Source: Eimeria praecox (taxonomy: Eukaryota). From it: a DNA stretch of 64,000 nt. Each line of letters starts with the position of its first letter. Position 1 is the first letter of the stretch. Shown here piece by piece: positions 54,801 to 64,000 of the stretch. The stretch covers positions 1,550,001-1,614,000 of the forward strand of contig OY986948.1 of assembly GCA_963920595.1 (NCBI GenBank), given 5' to 3'. The notes below the pieces were generated by a model. It was not told where the DNA came from. It did no database searches and was given only the letters and a program-made list of their open reading frames with translations. A program made the translations under genes and the position numbers.

Positions 54801-57800
54801 TGGTGACTCACAAGTCCATGGGTTCATGCGGGACCACGCTCTTACCAGTTCGGGAGGCGTATAGGCAGCCTGGTTTGTACACCTGTAATTGTACAGATGT
54901 GGAGGTGAGCAAGGGGGGCGAGTTAATTTTGGGGGGCGGCGCTGCTGCAGTAGAGATCAGTGATTAGAGCCGAAGCGCTTGCAGTTTTCGTGCTTTGGGA
55001 TGTCCCGGAGTAGTTGAGTATGCAGGTCTTGTCTACTGGGGCAGTCTTACGGAATTATGATGGCATATCCGTATACTATACATACTTGTAGTTGGGTTTC
55101 CTCCGGTTGCTGTTACTATGTGTAGCAGCCATTGTGACTAGTTGGCAACTTAGGAAGTACGTTTCGGAGCGTATGTAGTAACTCGGCTTGTATCTTGTTT
55201 TGTTTTTCCAGGTGGCGCCGGCTGCGTCATTGTAAGGCAGCAGATAATGCCGAACAAAGAACGTTCCTGGCTGCATGGGAAGAACAGGAGCAGTGAACGC
55301 TTTTACAGAGGATTTAAATGCTCTGGCAGACGAGCTCGTCTTTCCATGGGCAAGAAGCACAGCTCGTTGAGAGTGGTAAGCTCTACTAGTTACCATGGAG
55401 CCCACGGGGCGTGCAAGGAGGCAAGCCCACACGGACATCTGTTGGTTAGCTATGAAGGTGTGCTGGAAGTGAGTGCGCGCATGCGTTTGGGTTTGCAATT
55501 GAGCGGAATGGCGAATGCCGCATTTGTCGATGGCCTCGCAGTATGCAGCACTACACGTGTGGCAGGTGCACGAATCCTATGTACATTCAAGCAGCTAGTA
55601 GGCTTGGGCTCCAATTAAGATTATTTAGGTGCGCTTTGACATTTTATTCAGGCACAGTAAGGGCCAGGATTCCGAGGGCCAGCACATGCCGTATCGGGCG
55701 GCTCCTGCAGCTTCAGGTGCCATGGCAAACATCTTTTGGTAGACCGTGCGGCTGAAGTTTCCGTGACGATGCTGACGTTCAGACGTTCAGCTCCCTGTTT
55801 GAGTTGATGAGCAAAAATAGAATATCAGACCACCCTGCACCAGCTCACATGAAGTAGGGAAGGCATGGCTTGCGGGATGTTGTACGGGCAAGTTATACAG
55901 GCAAGTCGTACAGGCAGTGCGGTTTAGCAACCAGTTGCCGGTACGAGCTTGCAGATATTTACTCGTGTTCTTGTTTCAGTCAAGCTTGTGTGGTGGGTAG
56001 GCCATGCTTGTTCTTGATTGTTCGCATCTGACTGCTTTTCATGGGGGGCATGTTAGAGTTGGCAGGAGCTTCTGTCCATTCCCATCCAGTGAGAAGGCAT
56101 CATCAATAGGTGGTGGAGGGTAGACCATGCTTTCGCTTTAAAATGAGTAACACGTTTGGCCGGCTGCACAAGGACACGTGCAAGGGAGCTTGACTGCCAG
56201 TGTGGCCTCGAAGGCTGGCGATGTAATTTTGAGCCGCCTGCGGGAACATCCACTTACAAGTTCAGGCAGAGTATGGGGCGCCTGGTTCGCAGCTTTGATT
56301 GTACAAATATGGCGGTGAGCAGTTGAGAGGAGCGAATCCGCTGGTAAAGTAAACATCAATGACTAGAGCCCTGGCGCTCGCAATTTTCGTGCTGTAGGAT
56401 GGATGCCCAGCAGACGTGTCTGGCCCTGTAGTCCAGTCGGGCAGCAATTGTTGAAGAGTGTGTATACTATCTAGTATCAAGCAGTGCAGGTTTGCTTCTC
56501 TTCCGCTTCTGTTGCACTGCGTGGGTGGCTTCTTTTGCTGTTTGGCATGTAGGCTTGGGTGCTTAGTAAGTCGGCTTGTAGGGTGCATGCTTTCATGAAG
56601 TTGGGCTAGCAACGTTATTGTAAGGAAGCTAGGTAGCTTTGCGTGAGGTGAGTGCGCATCTGGGTTTTGGCTTGGGGCAGAGCGGAATGGCGAATGCTGC
56701 ATTTTCCGAGGACGGCGCGCTGTGCCTAAATCCCTGGTGGATATATGCCTCTGTGCAGTGAGACAACAAGCGGGCCTGATGACGCAAACCGTGTCATGCA
56801 ATAGTGGCTTTCGTTTGAGCCGGCCTCGTTGGTATGTAGTAGGATGTGTGGGAAGAAGTTTTAGGGTGTGTTTTGAGTGGTAGTTGCGATGATAGTATAT
56901 TGAAGGGGGTCTAAGGGGGCAGTGGCTGTTGCGAGGGGCATGCCTCGCGCTCTTCTTTCGTTTGCCACGCAAAGAAGCTGACAGAAGAGGTGCGGGTGTG
57001 AACAGGGCTATCTGCGTAATACTGAGGAAGGAGTTTGGATGCCGCATGGTTAGAGAGATGTATGATGAAGATACCGATGTGTAGCCGTTTCGTATTGTTT
57101 GAATAGGAGGATGAGTATGCAGCATTGCTGTCAGCAATGCAGCAGTGTGCTGTGTCTAAGGGGGGAAGGGCAGTTCTCTTGCTTGGCTGTTACTTAGGCA
57201 ACGCCGTTCAGAAATACAGTAGTTTTGTGCGCAGGCAAGCGACCACTGTGCTGGCTTGTGCCTGCAGTCTTTACTGCATGGAGCGGTATATGTATTTAGG
57301 TGTAATGCATTATCTCTAGATTCTCCTCAGTGTACTACTGGCAATGAGCAGCGTAACAAAGATCACTTCTACAGTGCGGGTGCGGTGCCCACGCATGCCT
57401 AGGAGGTGCTTGTTTCTAAGGAAAGCGTGGGGCGTGTTACGGATTCTGAACAGCTCACTACTGTTGCCAAGACGGGTCTTATTTACCTCTACGTAAGCAT
57501 ACACTGTGAATACTGGCCTTCTGCGAGGGCCCCATGGAGGGGACGGTGGCAATGACATATGCATGGGTGCATCGGCGGCGGTAATTGGCCTTGGGTTGTA
57601 ATGCTTTGCATCGGAAGCGCTTTAAATACGATAGGATGCAGGTTCGACTGAAGCAATACGGCGAGGCTTCTATGAAGTGCACACTGTAAAAGATGAGCAG
57701 CGAAAATCATCATGACGCCTCAGCGATAGCCAGCGAAGCAGCTTAAGGGCGGCCTCATATTTCTAGCCCATTTCTACGGCTGTAGAGCTGATGGGGACCG

Positions 57801-59231
57801 ATCGTTCATCTCTTCTAATGGTGGGTCAGTCGGTCTGCGTTTACGCAGCTCAGGACTGTAAATGTAGCATGGAACGCTGCATAGCTTGGCCATAGTTTGC
57901 AGAACAATCTCCGTACATGCTGAGGATGAGGAGGGACTGCAGGGAAGCTAGTGAAGCAGGACAGCCCCATCAGTTAGCAGGTCTTCGTTTTCTCTACCCT
58001 GTGAGGTGTCCAGTCTAGCGCGTGGGCTAGGGAGCATTCTTAAAAGCTGAATTGTGAGAGTCTGAGTAAGGGCAGTGCAATATTGCTGTGAAGGGGGGTG
58101 AACGGTTGGGGTGGTATGCAAGAATCTGCACCATTAGGCCATGCGGTTCCAGGCTGGATGGCTGATAGAAAGCTGGTTACAGGTGAAAGCCAGTGCACTA
58201 GGGAAGGCGAACCGACTAGCAAACTGGGGGGATAGAAAACAAGCAGGAAATCAATATGAGCCTGGCCTGCTAAGTTCTGGGATTTTGGCGGCATTGTGAG
58301 TAGAGGTTTGTTTCTCATGCATTGAGAGGGCTTCAAGACAATCAGAATGTTTCGTAAATGTGTTGGGCGTAGCAGGAGATGATCGGCTACACTACACAGT
58401 TTCGTTGTTACTTGCATGCCGTCAGCAGGGGAATTGGCAACCCAGTTCGACTAGCACTGGCACTAGAACCGGTGGACTGCGGGTGCGGTGGATGGTTAGG
58501 GGACTCGAAGTGTTTATGATTTTATTCTGTGCACATATATAGTGCAAAGCAGGCTCTTGTTGATCATACGTAGATGTCACTTGGAGCCATATGTGCAGGA
58601 AATGCGTCGCATCACGGCTTTCTACATTACGGTATACGAAGTGGAGGCTTTAGGGGGTTGCTGTGTGTGGTGAAAGAGGCTTTTCACCAGACAAAATTGG
58701 CAGCAGTCTGCTTCTTCGTTTCAACAGTGCGGGTGGCGTCAAGCTTTGCTTGATGCGGCAGCATTCGTTACCGTGAAGTAGGAGCAGTCGTAAGGAGTCC
58801 ACATAAGTGGCCCATGATGATGATGGAAATGGCAGTGTTTCAAGTAGAGTTTTAACACTAGGCATCGGTTTTGCATATAACTGAAGGTTTGACTATTCGA
58901 AGTTTGACAGTTAGTTGCTGATGCCCTTGAATCCGTGATGGTTCACCTGGTGTAACCAGCTTTACTTGCTTCGTGACAAGCAAGAGGAACATACCAGCGC
59001 TGCTTTTGTCTGGGATCTTCTTGCTATAGACACAGACAGACACTAGCCGAGGTGTTCCCTTTTGATGCTTTGCCCGTAGCGAGTGAGCCGTTGGAACGAA
59101 GAGCTTACAACTCCAGCACCTCCATAAGCTGCAGATGGGTGTCCATGGATCTTTGCTTGTCAGTGACGCGGGGTTGGGCTGTGAGCCATTTTTCTCGGTT
59201 ACCCAGCATTCTAGATAGAGGCATGTAGTTA

Positions 59232-59321
<90 letters not shown>

Positions 59322-62300
59322 AAGAATCTCGGTTCACTGCCTCACCTTGGCGAAGATCACTGGCGCGCGGGTTCGCTCTAGGATTGTGGTCGCTGGTGGT
59401 TAGATAAAATGGCGGGGAGAAGAGCTGTTGCCTACTGTTCCTTGAGCATATGATTTCACGCTGAGTTGCGTTTGCCACATACTTCGCAGCTGTATACCTT
59501 CCTTCTATCAAAGAGATGCATACATCTATCTCCTTTTGTATACAGAGCTGAGGGCGATGTTGAAGAGCTCCATGTGGCATCCTGCTTGAAGTCGCGCGCA
59601 TTGAGGAATCCGGCGTTAAGACGATGTCAAGAGCTAGGTGGATTGTACGATAAGCTATAAGCTATTTGGTGAAGTGCTGCGCTTGGGCCAACCTAATCTT
59701 TATAACCAGCGTGTGAGTGAAGGTGTTATTTGTAGTAATTCACGGGAACGGTGAACTGCACAGGGAGTTGCTGGTGTTCAGGAAGATCATCGGGGAGGTG
59801 CCTCCATTAGGGCATGCAGAATCATGCGGATAGAAGATGTGCTATGCAGAGAAAGGCTCTTGCTTGGATTGACCTTGGTGGGTAGAATTATTGGCATTTA
59901 TATTCATCATTTTCCCCTTGGCAAGAACTGAAGGGATCATGCTGACCAGGACTCATTGAAAGCTGGATATTGTGCTGAGAGTCAAACAGACAGTGCACTC
60001 AGCCTGTTCGCAAATCTGCAGTACCGATCCGGTGGTAATTGAACAGTGGAAGGAAGATGCTCAGTTTGCATACTATTTGCCGACTAGGTCAACTAACTGG
60101 GTACACTGCTGAAAGGCCTGTTAGTTGTGGGCCTTCTGTGGGTCGTCCTTGTGGCGCGGTTTTGCCGATGTGGCATGCATTCGTCTACGCAGCAGGGGCT
60201 GCTAGGCACCTGATAGTTGCCAGAGGAAATCACGCTGTGTTCCCGCGTACTTTTGGCAAGGAGAGAAAAACTTTTGATTTATTGGTGCAGCGTGTAGTAT
60301 TTACACCGTTGCGGTGTACTTGGTGTTGCTTGCTGTGGCGCATTGCTAAATCTTTACGGTGGCCTCAGGATAAACTGCCAGCGAGGGTAGCCGTAAATTA
60401 CTGGCCGGTAGATTACAGTGCCTGTGGATACCTGTGCATGCAGTGGTTTCTTATCTAGGAAAGGGGAGTGCGACGCTACATACTTGAGAAGGATACGAGG
60501 TGCTCAGGGCTTTTCCACGGAGCAGGCTAAGTGTGGAAGCATGATGCCACACGGAGATGTACCTTGCTGTCCAGTTCTTCCATTCAAATTGTGAACTGTA
60601 GCGTTTGAAGGGGTTGTAGATGACCTAAAGTGGGCACTTTCAGTGAGCTCAAGGGAGCAGAAGGCCCGACTGGAGTTGAAGCCGGTAAGCTGCGCCTTAG
60701 TGAGTCTATCAGGCAAATGAACGGCTTTTAGATTCATTCCAGAAATTGCTAGCTGGCTTTCCCACTTTCTTCGCAGGGACCTACCTGGGCGTTTTTAGAG
60801 TGTGAGCTCTCAGTTATACTGGCACATATATCCGGGCCACCCATTCATGAGTTGAATATTCTTTGGCTGCTTGGTGGTGCCTGCCTGTAGCCTCTCAGGC
60901 TTGCACCCAGGGGTGTTATGCCGAACTGCTGCGGCAGCAGTTGCATGTGCAGGTTTTGTGTCGGTCTTGGTTGTTCGTGTGCAGCTGCGGTTGTCTTGGC
61001 CCCCACAACAAGAACCATATGCAGTTAGTCGTCAGCCAAGGAACTTAATGTTTGGCGGAGCCAGGAGTGGAAGCGTGGACTGTTTAGGCAAGCACTTCTA
61101 GGTGCTTGTGGACTGCGGTCTTCGAAGATATTTATCTGCCGCCAGTAACACATAGGCCCCCTTTTGGCAATTACCCCTTTGCTAAATTGCTTGAGCGAGC
61201 ACATGCAGCCAACCACCTGTGGCTTGGGTTGAACAATGGTGCCCGGTCGACAGTAGGTGAAGGGGAGATTAGACAGCTCTGCTTTGTATTCGGGTGGTTA
61301 GCGCAGCAGCGTTGTCAGCTTTCCTCACGCGAAAATAGTGTGGCTGGCAGAAGCCAAAATATGTGGTACGGAGCTATTGCTGAAGGCGCAGCTTGGATTG
61401 GACTACGTAGAACTACCTTGTGAAGACGGTCAACGGGTCGATCAAGTGTGCCAGCTAGTATTTTTCTTCTACGGCATCGATCTACTTTGTATCTCGCTTT
61501 AAAAGCTCATGCTTGGCCCTACACGCTGCGACGAACCAGGTGTTCTGCACGTATGCGTCAGAGGGTGCGTGCTAGAGATGTAGGCTTTGGCACTGTTTAT
61601 ACATGCTAGAAAGTGCAAGTGGTAATTAGAGGGTGGGCATGGCGCTTTCAGTAGAACTTGTCACAGCACACGCGGTGTTGGTTCTTCTCTCATGGGAGGG
61701 CTTAGCGTTTAGGGTTTAACAAGCAGTGGTGTGCGCGTCTCGCTTGAGAGATTTCTGGTGTGACGTTAGAGGATATTGCTGACTTCAGTCTCTATGACAG
61801 CTTCGTGCAGGAGCGTATTCATGCAGTGCCCGAAACATACTGCGTATGGCATCCGATAGGTGAGGTGCTTGCTGTAGGCAAGCTGTTTCGTTTTTCGGCA
61901 AGCGCTTCTGTGCCATCAAGGGCATGCGGAGCAGCTTTCAAGGATCGCTATCTTGAGTAGAAGCAGGAAGTAGGGAAATCATTGGGTGCTTTGCCGGGTG
62001 CTTTTGCAGTTTATTATGGCTAACAGCCTGCCAGAGGTCCCTTTCAGCGGGTGAGCGACACCGAGGAAAGCCAAAGGCCTTTAGCGTTACCTGCCATAGT
62101 GGTCTTGGTCCTTGATGGACATCGCAGTTGAATTGGTTGTGCCGTTCCCAGATTGTGGAGGCGCAGTTTGAACAGAAAATGAGCGTAGCGGCAATCGAAT
62201 AGATTCTGGAGGCATCGGCATAAAAGCAGCAAACACTGTAGGAATCATTACATCTAGGCTTGACTGGGTAATGCTTGCCACGTGATGGCAGTGGTGTACG

Positions 62301-64000
62301 CTGCCCTAAACAGCTGATCCGCTCAGAAGCGGATGCCGATGGTGGTAGGGTAAATGCAGGGTTGCTGTACTGCTTACATGGCGGCAGCATTCAGCTTACA
62401 TCTGTGGCATGCGCTTTCGAGCACTGCTGGCGGCAATCAGCAGTGTAGCTGGGATTACGTGTGTCGCGTGTCACCGTTTCGCCTGAAGGCGTGTCAGACA
62501 TAGAAAATATACTTTGTTGCGCTTGCTCTGGATATTTCCTGGGCAAGATGCGTAGGTAGCATTAGCAACAGTTATACCCTGCGGTAACGGAGGACGATCG
62601 TTCGAACGCTTTGAGCATCCATTGACATAGCCAGTGCGGGTCGCCCGTGGAAGGTCTCAGAAGGGTCTTCTCCGGTTGCACATAATTTTTTCCTAAGGGG
62701 GATTACTTTTAGGAAGGAGCGTTGTTGTATATGTGCAATGCCGCGGGAAGAGATTGAAGCATTCTTGGAGTAGCTGGAGCTTACAGATTCACGAAACAGC
62801 ATTTTGTCTCTACTTGCATAGACTGCTGGCGTCTCAACGAAGAACCAGCCTTTCTGCTACGAACTGTATATGTTACAAGATACAGCTGAACATAAAGCAA
62901 TTGCACGTTTCAGCAGGTACACTGTATGCTCCATACTGAGGCTGTCAGGCTTTATCACACAGATATGGTACAAATATCAAGAACTATGTGCATTCTGGAA
63001 GGGTTGTTCGAATGCGATGTTGACCCCGTACCTAGCTGGTGGTGAATGCTTCGGGAGAAACTTTGAACCCCCTGCTGTTTACAGGGAGATTCTCATGATT
63101 CGTCATTAGTCAATACAAAGTTTTGCATTTGGATTTTTGTGCACATATTTGAGTATTTCACAAAGGATGCTACGAAATGGATTTTCAGGGAGTGGGTATC
63201 AACGATTGTGCTGGGCAAGCTCATTTATGCTGGCTTGACTGTGTTCAACACTGCTGTGGTACAGCACATTATGAGGGGAGGTATACATTTGCAATGGAAT
63301 AGGCTTTCACTGCAGGATTCGCATGCGCTCATATGTGCTATTTTGAACGGTACACGCCTAGCGCATGCAGTGCTGTACAAGTAGCGTTTACACGGTGGAG
63401 TTTCAGGTAGTGAGCACAAGAGCTCGCATGCTGGGCATGTTCGTTTATGCCACTTCTTGTGTTTGAGCACTGTTGAGACGGCGGTGCGCTGGGAGGAACC
63501 GTTGGCAGTCCGAAACAAAGAAAATTGCACTTCCTTCAACAGAAATAGTAGACACAAAGCATATACTGAGACCATCCGCCAGACGTCTTCGGGATTTGCG
63601 TAGGCTTGAATTAGGGGCTAGGGCTTTTCGAGGGGATTTTCTCTGTGGCCCACCACAGCTTTAAAGGGGATCCTGCTCCTTGGCCTAGTCTTGTCCTCCA
63701 TTGAATCGTGGGCAGGCGCCGATTTTGCTCTATTACTTTTGTGAGCTGTAGCGTTTGTTTCAGATGGCTTAGTGAACACTTGTTGTGTTGTCACAGCCAT
63801 TCGCTGTCGCCCTGGTTGCATAATGCAGACTCCCCGCCGGTTTGCTGATTGATTATCATCTTGGGTTTTGCAGTGTGATTGAGCGTACTTCGTTGTTCCT
63901 ACCCTACTTCATGCAAATTGAAACAATCAGTTGATTATTCAGATCCCAGTGGTAAGCAACGGTAAACATCAAGTTGGCTAGCTGCTAGTTTCCTCCCAGC
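43200..64000. other. Repeat-poor, apparently gene-free segment
   Basis: CAG, telomeric and AGCT arrays almost vanish. I found no ORF with recognisable domains and no chain of in-frame exons. Confidence 0.7.
54330..56720 (+). repeat. Diverged direct tandem duplication (~1.4 kb offset)
   Basis: Colinear matching blocks: CGTGCGGCTGAAGT (54350/55745), TGTTTGAGTTGA (54401/55796), CCTGCACCAGCT (54437/55834), GCATCTGACT (54597/56024), AAATGAGTAAC (54701/56141), GAGCGGAATGGCGAATGC (55501/56680). Positions are approximate. Confidence 0.88.

Noticed and set aside
56262..57137. 291-aa minus-strand ORF
   Set aside because: H/P/S/T/R-rich composition expected from the strand skew, and the frame is not preserved in the paralogous copy.
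43200..64000. SAG surface-antigen array, tRNA or rRNA genes
   Set aside because: No signal-peptide/conserved-Cys exon pattern and no RNA-gene hallmarks recognised by eye.

Overview
Eukaryotic, intron-rich DNA with the repeat signature of an Eimeria (coccidian apicomplexan) chromosome: (CAG)n, telomere-like (AAACCCT)n, (TGCA)n and (AGCT)n. Bases 1-~43,200 are a repeat-rich, gene-dense segment. By reading splice sites by hand I reconstructed six spliced genes: an ABCB-type transporter (3' part), uracil-DNA glycosylase (UNG), a PDK/BCKDH-kinase-family kinase, centriolar SAS-6, a P5A-type ATPase and an ER EF-hand protein ending in HDEL. There is also one long single-exon hypothetical ORF and one possible further gene. 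Bases ~43,200-64,000 are repeat-poor, G+T-skewed and show no convincing gene, but they contain an old ~1.4 kb tandem duplication. The most striking structure is in UNG intron 5: 13 extra copies of a 51-bp unit (the exon 3' end plus splice donor) separated by variable numbers of telomeric heptamers, with higher-order periodicity. Almost all ORFs in the supplied track are microsatellite artefacts. All calls come from motif recognition by eye; no database searches were run.
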